A stretch of DNA of 64,000 bases from Flavobacteriaceae bacterium (GCA_009693575.1 SHWZ01000006.1:6523-70522), one strand, 5' to 3'. Positions 30,613 to 42,098 are shown, counted from the first letter of the stretch. Notes: generated by a model from the sequence alone, not told the origin. Numbers and translations are program-made.

Positions 30613-33600
30613 TTGAAAAAACTCTACACCTGTTGGATTTTTCTTACCATAGTATGGTGGTCTCCCGCTGCTTTTGGTCAGTGTTCAAGTATTGCTTTTT
30701 CGGCCGATATAACTAATGCTTGTGCACCAGCTCCAATAAAATTCACAGCTACTGGTTATCCTGCTGGCTCTAAGTTTTCATGGAATTTTGGAGGAGGGTA
30801 TACAGCTTATGCCCCAGCAGATAGCATAAAATATTTTCTATTTAAAAATGTAGGGCAATTCACAATAGAACTAAATGTTGATATTGGTGGCACAATTTGT
30901 AATGTCACTAAAACAAACTATATAAATGTAGGTACTGAGCCCAAGTTAAATGTGTATTGGGATAAAAAAGTATTATGTGACCCGACACAGTCGGTAACTT
31001 TCATTGACTCTACCCAATCTGTGGTTTCTCGCGATTGGGTTATTGATGGTGTAAGTTTCAAAAATGGGCCATCTAAAAAGGTGATGACATTCAATTCGAT
31101 GGGGGTGAAGCAACTTACCTTGAAAGTGTTGACAAATTTGGGATGCGTTGCTATTTTCAATAATGATTCGGCCGTGATTGTGGTTGACAACCCCAATTTG
31201 TATGTAGATTCATTGGGGCTTGGTGGATGCCTACCAGTACAAAATAAATTTAAAGCTTTCCAAAGTAGCAGCTTTCAATCACCTAAAACCTGGGAATGGA
31301 CTTTCCAAGGAGGCACGCCTGCTACGTCAACACAAGCAAGTCCAACAGTGAATTATACTTCTTCAGGCCAGTACGATTTTTCACTTACTATGACTACAAA
31401 TACTGGTTGTAAGTACACCTTTAGTAGAACTGCCATGGTCGAAGTTGTAAGCAAACCTAAAATCAGTTTTAGTTCAAATGGAACGGTGTTTTGCAATACA
31501 GATGAGATAACAGTAACTAACACCACTAGCGGTAGCCATTCTGGCCAGTTTACTTGGGGACTCCCATCAAATGCCACATTAATTTCTGCCACAAATACAG
31601 AGTCTAAATTTAAGATTCCTCTTCGAGGAACATATGATATAAGTTTTCATTATTTATACAAAAATTGTGCTTCCGACACTATTTACAAAAATTTTATCAA
31701 AATAAATCAAACAACCGCAAATTTTATTATCGATGAGCCTAAGCATTGCAAGGTTCCCACGATCGTCACATTTACTGATTCGGGAAGCTTTGTTGATCCA
31801 GGGTTTACTTATACTAGAATGTTTTATGTAAAAAACGCTGCAGGAAACATATTGGACTCATCGTCTAACGGCAAATTTGCATTTACGTTTACAAAACTAG
31901 GCAATTACACTATCCAAATGGTAGCTAAGGGTTCCAATGGTTGTACCGATACTATGACTATAATTGATGGGGTTGTTATAGCTGACCCGAAGCCACAATT
32001 TAATATCAACCCTTCAATTCCTTGCCCATTCACACTTACTGATTTTAGTGACGGTACACCCTTGTATGCCCCCAACAAGTATCAAAAATTTTATGATTGG
32101 TATCTGTATGACAGGGATTTCAAAACTTTGTTGCACAATGACACGAATGAAAAATGGAAATACTTTTTTGTGGACACAGGATTGTATAAAATTGTATACT
32201 GGGTTTTTAACTCTCAGGGGTGCAAAGATTCACTATTAGATACAACAACAGTGCATGTTACAGGCATTACTGTAGATTTTACTGTGAGTAAAGGTAAATA
32301 TTGTATTGGCGAAAATATTTCAGTATCCACCTCCGTTTATCCAACTCAAGCTTCACCAACGTATTTTTGGAAGGTTTATTCAGCAAAAGACACGTTTGCA
32401 TTTAATACTACAGGAGGAGGTCTTTCAACGTCAATCAATATAGCTGGGGTGTATTCTATAGAATGTGTTGCAATAAATAAAAACTGTACGGCAACAGTAG
32501 TAAAAAAGGATATTTTCAAGATAGGTGGAGTATTGTTCACTGGGCAGATGGATAGCTTCGTCAGTTGTTATCCTCCGCGAATAAAGGTATCGGTTGCCTC
32601 TGTCTACAACTTGCCTACTACTGCTGATTCTTCACTTAGTATAGTTTGGATTATAAGCCCAACTACTGCAATTTTTAGCAATCAAACAAGCAGCAGCACC
32701 TATATCGATTTCACAGTAGACAGTTTTTATAGTATCGCGTATAGTGTAACAAATAGCGATGGTTGCGAGAGTTCGCAAACAATCGTATTTAATAAATGGT
32801 ACGGAAAGTCTGCAAAATTTGATCTTGATACTCTCATTTGTGTATTCGACTCTATAACTGTAACAAATATGTCGCAGTCAGCAGCTTCTTATTCTTGGTC
32901 GGTGCCAAGTGGGGGAAGTTACAAGATCAGTCCCTCTTCAACTTTTTATGCCCCTACGTTCATATTTATGGATACGGGGTTATACACCATTAGGTTGCTT
33001 GCCACCAACGATGTTGGATGTGTGGATACATTCGAAAAAACTGTTCATGTAGTATTGCTGAAAGCCAATTTTTATACCGATGATACCTTGGCATATTGCG
33101 GGCCTGTTATTGTAAGTTTGTTTTATACAGGCACTACTGCCTCTATCTATTTCTGGGACTTTGGTGATGGTTCCCCACAATACACCACCACCAATAATTC
33201 TATATCGCATTTGTATGACATTCAGAATGGAATTAATTCATTCAAAGTAACTGTGAGAGCACAGAATAAGTCTGGATGCTTTGATAAAATTACAAAGGAT
33301 AACTACATCACCCTTACTGGGCCAATTCCATTTTTTACTGCCAACAAAACCAAAGGTTGTGAGCCGCTTGAAGTGATTTATACTAATAAATCCCGTGGAG
33401 GAAAATATGTTTTTTTCTATGACGACAAAGGTAATTTGGATTCAAGCAATGCCTCCACATTTGTAGTAACATATATGAATAAAGATAGTGGCAACCTAAA
33501 TTCATCCTATTTCCCCTATATGGTTTCAATTGATTCCTCAGGCGGCTGTGTGAAGGCAAATACGTTGAAGGACTCAGTGATCGTGTTAGCTAGACCACAA

Positions 33601-35514
33601 ACAGCATTCACTTATTCTGATACAATTATCTGTCGAAATACAACCTTGGATTTTACGAACCTAAGTACTTACTTCACACAATTATATTGGGATGTTGATG
33701 GTGATGGTTTCGATGATGGGTCAGCTCAGAACTTTCAGCATACATACACCACAAGTGGACCTTATTATCCAGCCTTGGTTGCCGAAAATGAATTAGGCTG
33801 CTTTGATACTTTAAAGGGTAAAGAAATATTTGTGGTGCCTCCAAAAGATATTAAAATAACAGGCAATCCTATGTTATCATGCCAAGGCGATACCGTACGA
33901 ATCGTGGCTCAGGTAGATTCATTGAAAGCTCTTGGACTTTTCTTTAACTGGCAATTGCTTGAAAGTGGTAATTGGATAGGCATTGGTCATGGAAATAGCA
34001 TTGACTATATTGCCTCTAAACCAGGATGGTATCGTGTGATGCTTATAGTATATGACCTCGAAGGCTGTGTGGATAGTCTTCAGTATGATTCCGTATTTGG
34101 TGTAAAAGGAAATGAACCACCAATAGGCTCAAAGCTGCAAATGGTTACTGTAGAAAATGATAAACGACTACTGATAAAATGGGATAAATGCCCTTCCTTA
34201 TTTTTTTCAGATTACAAATTATTTAGAAGTGCCATTGGCCAAAGTGAAAATTTAATTTTTTCTGATAGCAATGTCAATTTACTTCAATTTACGGATAGCA
34301 TTTCTATCAATGTTCATGCAATGTCTTACCGTTACAAATTGATTGCTTCGGAAATATGTGTCCTGCCTAAAATATTTGAATTGCACAATAGTATTTTTTT
34401 GCAGGCTGAGAAACTTGGCTCCAATGCAGTATCCTTGAAATGGAATAGGTATCAGGCTTGGAAAGGACATGTGAGCTATACTGTGCAACGATCAAATAAT
34501 GGAGGAATTGGATATAAAAGTGTTGGAAAAATAACTGACTCATTCTTTGTGGACAAACGTGTCTGCGATTCCAACTATACCTATCGCATCGTTGCCTCTG
34601 ATGTGACTGGCATATTTACATCAACTAGCAATACCACAACCCTACATCCAGATTTTGTGTATTACCGAAACGCGAGTAATATTCGCTCTGTGAGTGTAGT
34701 CAACAACGACAAATTTCTAATCACTTACGATACCACTCTTTTTTCTTTCAGAAGTGAAAGATATATTGTGTTGCAAACCAATCCAAACTACAAATTCTGG
34801 TATGAGTCACGTTCGTCAATTGCTGACACTGCAATAATTAGCAAGGCAACGATTGACCGAGTAAGCCGATTTGCTGTGGTACGTGAGGATTTCTGCCATT
34901 ATCTGAGCGATACAGGAATATGGGGGCACAATATTTACCTTAAAGCAAGACTCTTTGGCGACTCTGCCTACTTAAATTGGAACAGCTACCAACGACCAAA
35001 ACAAGGGGTAAAAAACTACATACTACAACTGCTTGATAACAATACTGGAAGATATAAAACCCTTGCAATCCTTTCGTCCAATGATACCGATTATCTTGAT
35101 GCACGTGGCCACGATCTTTTTGAAGAGAAGCTTTGTTACCGAATTGCTGCCATCACTCTTGACTACCCCAAAGATACCTCTTTCTCAAACCAAGCTTGTG
35201 TTGTGTTACCAGCCATGGTATTTATTCCCAACTCATTCACCCCCAATGATGATGGCAAAAATGATATTTTTAGGCCAGTAATTTCGTATGTCTTTGGGGT
35301 GAAACCGCAGGTAGGTGAAACGGAATATACCTTGACAATATACAACCGATGGGGCGAACAAATCTATGAGACCCATGATCCTCGTGAAGGCTGGGATGGA
35401 ACCTACCTAGGTGAGGAAGTAGATTCTGGTGTATATGTTTATATTGTGAAGGCAACACCTTTCAATTTAGATTCTCCCATTGAACGAAGTGGTTGGGTGA
35501 TGTTGCTGAGGTGA
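30613..35514 (+). CDS. Giant secreted protein (1633 aa) with PKD/Ig-like repeats, FN3-like region and a T9SS type B (CHU_C / gliding-motility-associated) C-terminal sorting domain; TTG start
   Basis: Signal peptide. Tandem roughly 85-aa repeats are each rich in Cys/Thr. The C-terminal FIPNSFTPNDDGKNDIF…YNRWGEQIY…GWDGTY motif is the hallmark of the type B sorting domain. Confidence 0.85.
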   Translation: MKKLYTCWIFLTIVWWSPAAFGQCSSIAFSADITNACAPAPIKFTATGYPAGSKFSWNFGGGYTAYAPADSIKYFLFKNVGQFTIELNVDIGGTICNVTKTNYINVGTEPKLNVYWDKKVLCDPTQSVTFIDSTQSVVSRDWVIDGVSFKNGPSKKVMTFNSMGVKQLTLKVLTNLGCVAIFNNDSAVIVVDNPNLYVDSLGLGGCLPVQNKFKAFQSSSFQSPKTWEWTFQGGTPATSTQASPTVNYTSSGQYDFSLTMTTNTGCKYTFSRTAMVEVVSKPKISFSSNGTVFCNTDEITVTNTTSGSHSGQFTWGLPSNATLISATNTESKFKIPLRGTYDISFHYLYKNCASDTIYKNFIKINQTTANFIIDEPKHCKVPTIVTFTDSGSFVDPGFTYTRMFYVKNAAGNILDSSSNGKFAFTFTKLGNYTIQMVAKGSNGCTDTMTIIDGVVIADPKPQFNINPSIPCPFTLTDFSDGTPLYAPNKYQKFYDWYLYDRDFKTLLHNDTNEKWKYFFVDTGLYKIVYWVFNSQGCKDSLLDTTTVHVTGITVDFTVSKGKYCIGENISVSTSVYPTQASPTYFWKVYSAKDTFAFNTTGGGLSTSINIAGVYSIECVAINKNCTATVVKKDIFKIGGVLFTGQMDSFVSCYPPRIKVSVASVYNLPTTADSSLSIVWIISPTTAIFSNQTSSSTYIDFTVDSFYSIAYSVTNSDGCESSQTIVFNKWYGKSAKFDLDTLICVFDSITVTNMSQSAASYSWSVPSGGSYKISPSSTFYAPTFIFMDTGLYTIRLLATNDVGCVDTFEKTVHVVLLKANFYTDDTLAYCGPVIVSLFYTGTTASIYFWDFGDGSPQYTTTNNSISHLYDIQNGINSFKVTVRAQNKSGCFDKITKDNYITLTGPIPFFTANKTKGCEPLEVIYTNKSRGGKYVFFYDDKGNLDSSNASTFVVTYMNKDSGNLNSSYFPYMVSIDSSGGCVKANTLKDSVIVLARPQTAFTYSDTIICRNTTLDFTNLSTYFTQLYWDVDGDGFDDGSAQNFQHTYTTSGPYYPALVAENELGCFDTLKGKEIFVVPPKDIKITGNPMLSCQGDTVRIVAQVDSLKALGLFFNWQLLESGNWIGIGHGNSIDYIASKPGWYRVMLIVYDLEGCVDSLQYDSVFGVKGNEPPIGSKLQMVTVENDKRLLIKWDKCPSLFFSDYKLFRSAIGQSENLIFSDSNVNLLQFTDSISINVHAMSYRYKLIASEICVLPKIFELHNSIFLQAEKLGSNAVSLKWNRYQAWKGHVSYTVQRSNNGGIGYKSVGKITDSFFVDKRVCDSNYTYRIVASDVTGIFTSTSNTTTLHPDFVYYRNASNIRSVSVVNNDKFLITYDTTLFSFRSERYIVLQTNPNYKFWYESRSSIADTAIISKATIDRVSRFAVVREDFCHYLSDTGIWGHNIYLKARLFGDSAYLNWNSYQRPKQGVKNYILQLLDNNTGRYKTLAILSSNDTDYLDARGHDLFEEKLCYRIAAITLDYPKDTSFSNQACVVLPAMVFIPNSFTPNDDGKNDIFRPVISYVFGVKPQVGETEYTLTIYNRWGEQIYETHDPREGWDGTYLGEEVDSGVYVYIVKATPFNLDSPIERSGWVMLLR

Positions 35515-35568
35515 TTAATGTTAGAACTATAAATTTTGTCCATGACTGGAATTCTTGCCTACTAATTC

Positions 35569-37752
35569 TCACAAATTTCCATTAATATACTCTGTCACTT
35601 TCTTTATCAAGTGGGCACGGTCGGGACCTTGCACGTTATGTTCGTGTTCGGGGTAAACAAAATAGTCGAGGTTGGTGTTTCCGTTGTCTACACAGGCTTT
35701 TACAAACTTGAGGCTATGCTCCCACAACACAGTAGGGTCGCTAGTGCCGTGTATCATCAGCAGTTTTCCTTTTAGTCCGTTAGCGTAGTTCAATAGGTTA
35801 CCTTCTTTGTAGCCTCCCGGGTTTTCCTCGGGAGTATCCATATACCGTTCAGTATACATAATTTCGTACATGCCCCAGTCTATCACGGGGCCGCCACATA
35901 CTCCAACCTTAAATACATCCGGGTGCTTGCACATCAGGCTGGTAGTCATCCATCCGCCAAAGCTCCAGCCATGCACTGCCATGCGGTTGGCATCCACGTA
36001 GGGCTGGCTTTTCAGCCATTCCACACCCTTCAGTTGGTCGGCTACTTCTTCTTTGCCAAGGTTGCGAAAAATGGCCTTTTCAAAAGCATCTCCACGGTTT
36101 TCGCTGCCACGGCCATCCACGGTAAACACAATATATCCTTGGTTGGCAAAAGCATAAAACCAAATATCAGCAGCACCCAGCCAAGTGTTGTTCACCAGTT
36201 GCACATGAGGGCCGTTGTAGAGGTAAACCAGTACAGGGTATTTCTTCTGTGGGTCAAAGTTGGCTGGTCTGATTTCCCTGCACCAAAGGTCGGTAACGCC
36301 ATCAGCCGCTTTTATGGTAAAAAGGTTTGGCTTCGTGTTCAGGGCATAATCTCTCAACGGATTTTCGGCTTTCAAAAGAGTTTCCAGTTGCTTGCCGTTG
36401 TTGTCCACTATCTGTATCATTCGAGGCACATCCGTGCTACTCCATGTATCCACAAACCGGGTCATCTCCACATTGAATAAAGCAGTATGCGTTCCGATTT
36501 CCTTGGTAAGTTTAATCGGTTCGCCACCTGCCAAAGCAACTTTGTAGATATGCCGTTCAATAGGGCTTTGCTTAGTTGAGGCAAAATAGATATATTTGGC
36601 ATCCATGCCCAGCACATCGGTCACCACCCAGTTGCCCCTTGTCAGTTGGCGGATGAGTGAGCCATCGGCATTGTATAGGTATAAGTGGTTGTATCCATCA
36701 CGCTCACTCTGCCAAATAAAATGGTTTGGGTTGTTCTTCACAAACAGCATGTGGTGCAACGGCTCCGTATATTTCTCATCTGATTCTTCAAATAAAGTCT
36801 TCACGAAATTCCCCGTTGCCACATCATACTGATTGAGCCAGACATGGTTTTGAGCCCTATTCACTATGGCGATGTAAATGCTTTTCTCATCAGGACTCCA
36901 AGCTATGTTGGTCAAGTATTGTTCAGGATCTCCTATGGTTTTTATGTACCATATTTTATCGTCAGTATTTGCGTCATAGATGCCCACTGTCACCTCATGA
37001 CTTCTGTCCCCTGCCATCGGGTAGCGAATATTTTCGGCTTGCGATGGTTGTTTGCCAAGTCCCACAATAGGGTAAGTGCTTACCATACTTTCGTCCATTC
37101 TATAAAATGCACAATAGTTTCCATTCGGACTCCAGAAAGTGCCTTTGCTTATTCCAAATTCATCCCGGTGGGCTGATTTGCCAAAAACCAGTCCCCCTTT
37201 CCCACTTAACATTCTTAAGGTAATGATTTCTCCTTTTAAATTTCTTCTGCTTATTGTTAACGTATCCCGTTGATTATTGCCATTAATGTATGCAATTCCA
37301 TCGTCTGACAAGTCAAAGCCAGATGCTCCAGGCTTTATGTCTTCATATAGGTTTGGTAATTCAATTGTTTTGGCTACAACATTTAGTAAGTAATACTTCC
37401 CACCATAAAAAAAGCGAAACTGGTTGCCAGTTGTCCAAGTGTAAAAGGGATACCTATTAAAGGGTTTTATTTTGAAAAAATCAGAATAAATCCTATTCAA
37501 GGTATCCACATGTAAAAGAGTATCCACCTCACTTTTACCTATTTCGCGACGTACAAGCACTTCCTTCTTATCGGCTCGTTTGGCCAAATAGCTGTAATGT
37601 TTGCCGTCAGAAAGCCATTGCAGTTGGCTAAGGCGGTCGGGAGTAAGGGTTGTTTGCCTCTTCAAAACCGCCTCTTCAATAGACAGTATTTTCTGTGAAT
37701 AGGAAATTTGGGATAGCCAAACAAAAAGGGCAAGCAACACGTATTTTCGCAT
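35569..37752 (-). CDS. S9-family serine peptidase (dipeptidyl-peptidase IV-like)
   Basis: Catalytic GWSFGG with downstream D and H residues, and an N-terminal beta-propeller region. The start is the internal MRKYVLLALFVWL signal peptide. Confidence 0.85.
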   Translation of the reverse strand: MRKYVLLALFVWLSQISYSQKILSIEEAVLKRQTTLTPDRLSQLQWLSDGKHYSYLAKRADKKEVLVRREIGKSEVDTLLHVDTLNRIYSDFFKIKPFNRYPFYTWTTGNQFRFFYGGKYYLLNVVAKTIELPNLYEDIKPGASGFDLSDDGIAYINGNNQRDTLTISRRNLKGEIITLRMLSGKGGLVFGKSAHRDEFGISKGTFWSPNGNYCAFYRMDESMVSTYPIVGLGKQPSQAENIRYPMAGDRSHEVTVGIYDANTDDKIWYIKTIGDPEQYLTNIAWSPDEKSIYIAIVNRAQNHVWLNQYDVATGNFVKTLFEESDEKYTEPLHHMLFVKNNPNHFIWQSERDGYNHLYLYNADGSLIRQLTRGNWVVTDVLGMDAKYIYFASTKQSPIERHIYKVALAGGEPIKLTKEIGTHTALFNVEMTRFVDTWSSTDVPRMIQIVDNNGKQLETLLKAENPLRDYALNTKPNLFTIKAADGVTDLWCREIRPANFDPQKKYPVLVYLYNGPHVQLVNNTWLGAADIWFYAFANQGYIVFTVDGRGSENRGDAFEKAIFRNLGKEEVADQLKGVEWLKSQPYVDANRMAVHGWSFGGWMTTSLMCKHPDVFKVGVCGGPVIDWGMYEIMYTERYMDTPEENPGGYKEGNLLNYANGLKGKLLMIHGTSDPTVLWEHSLKFVKACVDNGNTNLDYFVYPEHEHNVQGPDRAHLIKKVTEYINGNL

Positions 37753-38081
37753 TTGATGAAAATTTAGGACAGCGAAAGTAAGGGTGAATTTTGATAGCAA
37801 TCATTCGTTTGGCTTCTTGGCACCTTCATTATTTGATAAACTGTTTAACTTATTAACGCGATTGTGTGGAGCTAAACTTAGGCTAACCCTACATAAAAAT
37901 GCTTTGTCATGGATGAAGGGAATTGCGGATTTTTTAACCTTTGCAACCAGTGTATTTACACCAATTGATTCAACAAAAATTGAATGTAAGAAAATTAACA
38001 AAATAGGCTTTATACTTAACGAATAGTATCCGTAATATTGCAAATGGAACAAATAACACCAAGTAACCCATCGCCATTTTT

Positions 38082-41000
38082 ATGAAATTACCCAAATCTT
38101 TTATTAAGCATTGCTTAGCATTAATCCTAAGCCTAAGTCTTTCTTTTGAGGGGCTTGCCCTAAGTGTCGGTCAAGTAGCAGTAACCCGAAGCACAGCCCC
38201 TTTCTTCATGTTGGACAGTAATAAACCTAATGTGGATGGTCCTCGTGCTGCACACGTAGGAATTAAAATCCGCAATACTTCGGGCGGGCAGCTGAACCAA
38301 GTGTATGTTAAACTAACGGCGTTGACAAAAACTGGTACTGCCAGTGCCAGCTTAGGTTATATAGGTACATCTGATTCTATTCAATGGATTGGAAAAATGA
38401 ACTCAACAGATACAGGTATAGCCTATTTCTACATAAAATTTCCTGGCAACACAGCCTTCAACGACACAGTTAAGTTGACTGTTCAGGTTTATGATTCTGT
38501 AAGTGGAACAGTAAGTTTTCAAACTTCTATGATTCTCAGGTCATCTATAAGTTCCAATGCTGGCGGCTTGCTGGTTGCCAAGACGATTTCTACATTGCGA
38601 CATATTGGCACATTGGTTACCGACACGGTTACTTACTCGTATGGAAACGTGCAAACAGGCGATGAACTTACCCTGTATCCCTGTGGTGATACCACTTTTA
38701 AAGCAGGTAGTTTTCAATTGATAAATGCTCTCGTTTTGTCGTCTGCGGTGGCAAGTGTGACTGCAGGTACGCGAAACACTTTATACTTTGTGGCTACAGC
38801 AACCACAGGAGGAAGTGGCAACCAAATAAAAATGGTGTATTACTATATTAATAAAATGGTATCTGGAGATTCAACAATTACAGCTCCTTATGCAGGTCTC
38901 ACATCTGGAAATACGAATTTTAAGTATTCATCAAACTTTAGAGCAGCTGGGTTTTTCTCCTATTTTCTCTCTGCTACTGGCTCATTGAGTGTTACTAAAT
39001 CAGTTAGTTCAATACATAACTACCCAGGCGACACAGTTACTTACACAGTGGCAGTAACAAATAACAATGGAGGTGCTGTCACATTCGACTATTTTCAGGA
39101 TACTTTGCCTACAGGTTACACTTATGTAGCATTGGAAAGTACTTCTGATATAACAAGTGCTATTTCTTCGGAGTTGCCATCAGCAGGTAACTCAGGGGCA
39201 ATAAGCTTTAGGGGGGGCTTGCCGGGTACATTCCCTTATGTGAGCTATACTGTGAATGCATCTTCAACAGTGAGCCTTAAATACAAGGTTAAGCTAAAAA
39301 ATACAGCGAGTCTTGCCTCTGATCGGAATGTGGCACATATATTTTTAGGTACTACATCTGGAGGAAGTGATACCGCCTTAGCTTATGTCCATGTGCATGT
39401 CTCAGGCACCCTTTTTCGCGATACCAACGGGCTTACTGATGCTTTGGTAAATGGCACAGCCCGTGATTCTGCAGGCAGCAGTTTGGTGTATGCGTATCTG
39501 GTGAACGGCTCAAATCAGGTGATGCAACGTAGAACATTGAACAATGGCAACGGCACTTTTACTTTTGATAGTGTGCCAGCTCAAACAAACTATACCGTTA
39601 GATTGTCAAACACTGCTGCTACCATAAATCAAACAGCACCTTCAACAGCGAACCTACCTTCAACTTATGTGGCAATTGGAGAAGATTATGGAAGTGCCAA
39701 TGGTGCAGGTAGTGGCAATGAAAGCGGTACTCCGGATGCAAGTATTGCGGCCAATGTTGGCACCGCACATCTTACTACCATTCAATTTGGCATTCAACAG
39801 GCTCCAACACCCACGGACACCACACTTTCCAGCCAACTAAATCCTGGTGGAACGAATGCCATAACAATTGCGACTTCCAATTTCACTGGCTCAGACCCTG
39901 ACGGCAGACTGATACAATATAAATTCACCGGTTTCCCTAGCAATACTACTACTTTTAGCATTAATGGAACGAGCTATACTTCTGGAACATTTCCAGGGGC
40001 CGGCGTTACAGTGAGCAGTATTAGCTCTGTAACATTAGACCCGGTTGATGGGGCTTTAACAGCTGTTATACCTTTCAATGTGATTGACAATGCTGGCCAA
40101 TCTGGACTCTCCACAGCCAATGTGAATGTGCCACTTCAACTGCTTTCGGTGAGCGGTACTTTATTCAACGATGCCAATGGCCTTGTGGACGCAACAGTGA
40201 GCGGCACTGCCATTGACCAAGCCAGCAGCACAACTATCTATGCTTACTTGGTGAATGGTAGTGGCGATGTGGTAGCAAAAGATACCTTGAACAGCGGCAA
40301 CGGAACATACACCTTTAGCAATGCCGCTTATGGCAGCACCAACTACACTGTGAGAATGAGTACCAGCAATGTGAACGTGGGAGCATCAGCACCTTCGTCG
40401 GCTAGCCTGCCAAATGGCTGGGTAGCTGTGGGCGATTCCTATGGAAGCAGCAACATTGCTGGTTCGGGCAATGATTCGTCGGCCAATGGCCAAATAGAGG
40501 TAACCACCGGAACGGCAAATGTGACCGGAGTGAACTTTGGTATTGAACGCAGCAATACATCTTACGATAAAACCTATACCAACCAAAACCCGAATACAAT
40601 CTATTCCAATTCGGGAAATGGGACCTACCCAAAGAAACTTGCACTGAACAATGCATCAGGCACAAGTAACACCACGGTAAATGCAAGCAGTGCTGAAATT
40701 TTGCCAGGCAAAGTATCAGCTTCTGATCCGGAAGATGGAAATTATGGTGGAAGCAGCGGTTCAAATAGTGTCCGCACCTTTGTGCTCACAAGTCTTCCTG
40801 ATGCTAGCAATGATGTGCTTGTTTATTTCAATGGCTCCGAAACTATTCTTCTAATTGAAGACCCGACAGATACCGACTCTTCTTGGGCATATTGGGACGA
40901 AACTAACGAACAATACAGAATCCCAAGCTTTGATGCTTCTGAGTTGTATGTATACAGTATAAACAATGGACACGCCTCATTTAGCTTCCACTATGGGTAC

Positions 41001-41591
41001 CTAGATTTGGCCGGACTGCTCGGCACTACTGGTATTTATTCGGTTGTGGGGTTTGGTCCGCTATCCTTACAACTAATGTCCTTTGAAAGTAAAACCAAAG
41101 GAAACAAGACCACATTGAAATGGACGACCACCAACGAGCTTGGCCTTGATCGCTATGTGTTAGAAAAATCTATGGATCTGGTTGGCTGGACAAATGTGAA
41201 CGAGCAACAAGCTTTGAACAAAGGTTCAATCACAAACATCTATACATTTGACGATATTATTTCTGATGGAAACAACTATTACAGGCTACGTTCAATGGAG
41301 GAGAATGGCACGTCTGAGCTGTCAAAAATAATCAGTGTAGTAGGTAGTCATGCTGTTGCAATTTCCGTATACCCAGTTCCAGCTATTACAACATTAAACA
41401 TCCTTGTTGGCGAAACTTCAACAGCCCGGGTGTATGATGCCACAGGTAAAATGGTGCTGAATGCGGGATTAGTTTTCAAAGGAAAACCAAACTCCCTGAA
41501 CGTAGAGCAACTTCCGGCCGGATTTTACAGCCTTGAATTGACTACCACAGGCACTCGCAGTATACATCCGATTGAGGTTGGTTACAAATAA
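38082..41591 (+). CDS. Secreted protein (1169 aa) with DUF11-type repeats, two SdrD-B/carboxypeptidase-regulatory-like repeats and a T9SS type A sorting domain
   Basis: Signal peptide. SLSVTKSVSSIHNYPGDTVTYTVAVTNNG is the DUF11 pattern. A roughly 230-aa unit SGTLF(R/N)DANGL… is duplicated. The C-terminus reads SVYPVPAITTLNIL…FYSLELTT. Confidence 0.8.
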   Translation: MKLPKSFIKHCLALILSLSLSFEGLALSVGQVAVTRSTAPFFMLDSNKPNVDGPRAAHVGIKIRNTSGGQLNQVYVKLTALTKTGTASASLGYIGTSDSIQWIGKMNSTDTGIAYFYIKFPGNTAFNDTVKLTVQVYDSVSGTVSFQTSMILRSSISSNAGGLLVAKTISTLRHIGTLVTDTVTYSYGNVQTGDELTLYPCGDTTFKAGSFQLINALVLSSAVASVTAGTRNTLYFVATATTGGSGNQIKMVYYYINKMVSGDSTITAPYAGLTSGNTNFKYSSNFRAAGFFSYFLSATGSLSVTKSVSSIHNYPGDTVTYTVAVTNNNGGAVTFDYFQDTLPTGYTYVALESTSDITSAISSELPSAGNSGAISFRGGLPGTFPYVSYTVNASSTVSLKYKVKLKNTASLASDRNVAHIFLGTTSGGSDTALAYVHVHVSGTLFRDTNGLTDALVNGTARDSAGSSLVYAYLVNGSNQVMQRRTLNNGNGTFTFDSVPAQTNYTVRLSNTAATINQTAPSTANLPSTYVAIGEDYGSANGAGSGNESGTPDASIAANVGTAHLTTIQFGIQQAPTPTDTTLSSQLNPGGTNAITIATSNFTGSDPDGRLIQYKFTGFPSNTTTFSINGTSYTSGTFPGAGVTVSSISSVTLDPVDGALTAVIPFNVIDNAGQSGLSTANVNVPLQLLSVSGTLFNDANGLVDATVSGTAIDQASSTTIYAYLVNGSGDVVAKDTLNSGNGTYTFSNAAYGSTNYTVRMSTSNVNVGASAPSSASLPNGWVAVGDSYGSSNIAGSGNDSSANGQIEVTTGTANVTGVNFGIERSNTSYDKTYTNQNPNTIYSNSGNGTYPKKLALNNASGTSNTTVNASSAEILPGKVSASDPEDGNYGGSSGSNSVRTFVLTSLPDASNDVLVYFNGSETILLIEDPTDTDSSWAYWDETNEQYRIPSFDASELYVYSINNGHASFSFHYGYLDLAGLLGTTGIYSVVGFGPLSLQLMSFESKTKGNKTTLKWTTTNELGLDRYVLEKSMDLVGWTNVNEQQALNKGSITNIYTFDDIISDGNNYYRLRSMEENGTSELSKIISVVGSHAVAISVYPVPAITTLNILVGETSTARVYDATGKMVLNAGLVFKGKPNSLNVEQLPAGFYSLELTTTGTRSIHPIEVGYK

Positions 41592-41597
41592 AAATAA

Positions 41598-41655
41598 AGT
41601 AAAGAAGCTAGCGAAAAAGCTAGTCCCCAAAGGGCTGGCTTCTTCTTTTTTATTT
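41598..41655 (+). terminator. Rho-independent terminator
   Basis: AAGAAGC…GCTTCTTCTTTTTTAT with an inner GCTAGC-gaaaaa-GCTAG hairpin. Confidence 0.5.
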
Positions 41656-41695
41656 GTTATCAACAGATGGCATAAAAAAATCTTTCCAAGCTGTA

Positions 41696-41726
41696 TTTGT
41701 GTAAAAGGGTAAATCCCTTACTTTTG
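41696..41726 (+). promoter_or_regulatory. Putative Bacteroidota sigma-A type promoter of rplU (-33 TTTG, 19-nt spacer, -7 TACTTTTG)
   Basis: TTTG at 41696-41699 and TAnnTTTG at 41719-41726, about 23 nt upstream of the ATG. Confidence 0.4.
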
Positions 41727-41748
41727 CAGTCCAATTTTCGAAAAAATC

Positions 41749-42063
41749 ATGTACGCAATCGTAGAAATAGCAGGCAAACAAATGAAAGTGCAGAAGGATC
41801 AAACCCTTTTTGTACATAGGCTGGGCAAGGAAGAAGGCAGCAGCCTTTCTTTCGACAAAGTGTTGTTGGTAGACAATGACGGCTCTATAAAAGTAGGCAA
41901 CCCCACCGTAGCCGGAGCCAAGGTTCAGGCCAAAGTGCTGGTTTCAACATTGAAAGGTGATAAAGTTATCGTGTTCAAAAAGAAACGCCGCAAAGGATAC
42001 CAAAAGAGCAATGGCCACCGCCAGCAGTTCAGCAAAATTCAAATAGAAAGCATCACAGGCTGA
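41749..42063 (+). CDS. rplU: 50S ribosomal protein L21
   Basis: MYAIVEIAGKQMKVQKDQTLFVHRL…. Confidence 0.95.
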   Translation: MYAIVEIAGKQMKVQKDQTLFVHRLGKEEGSSLSFDKVLLVDNDGSIKVGNPTVAGAKVQAKVLVSTLKGDKVIVFKKKRRKGYQKSNGHRQQFSKIQIESITG

Positions 42064-42072
42064 TTGCTTAGT

Positions 42073-42098
42073 AACTATAAACTATAAACTAACAACTA
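42073..42098 (+). repeat. AACTATAAACT short repeat cluster in the rplU-rpmA spacer
   Basis: gtAACTATAAACTATAAACTaacAACTATAAACTag. Confidence 0.5.

Noticed and set aside
35923-37176. Plus-strand ORFs 35923..36480, 36596..36832 and 36844..37176
   Set aside because: They are antisense to the S9 peptidase gene and have no domain signal.
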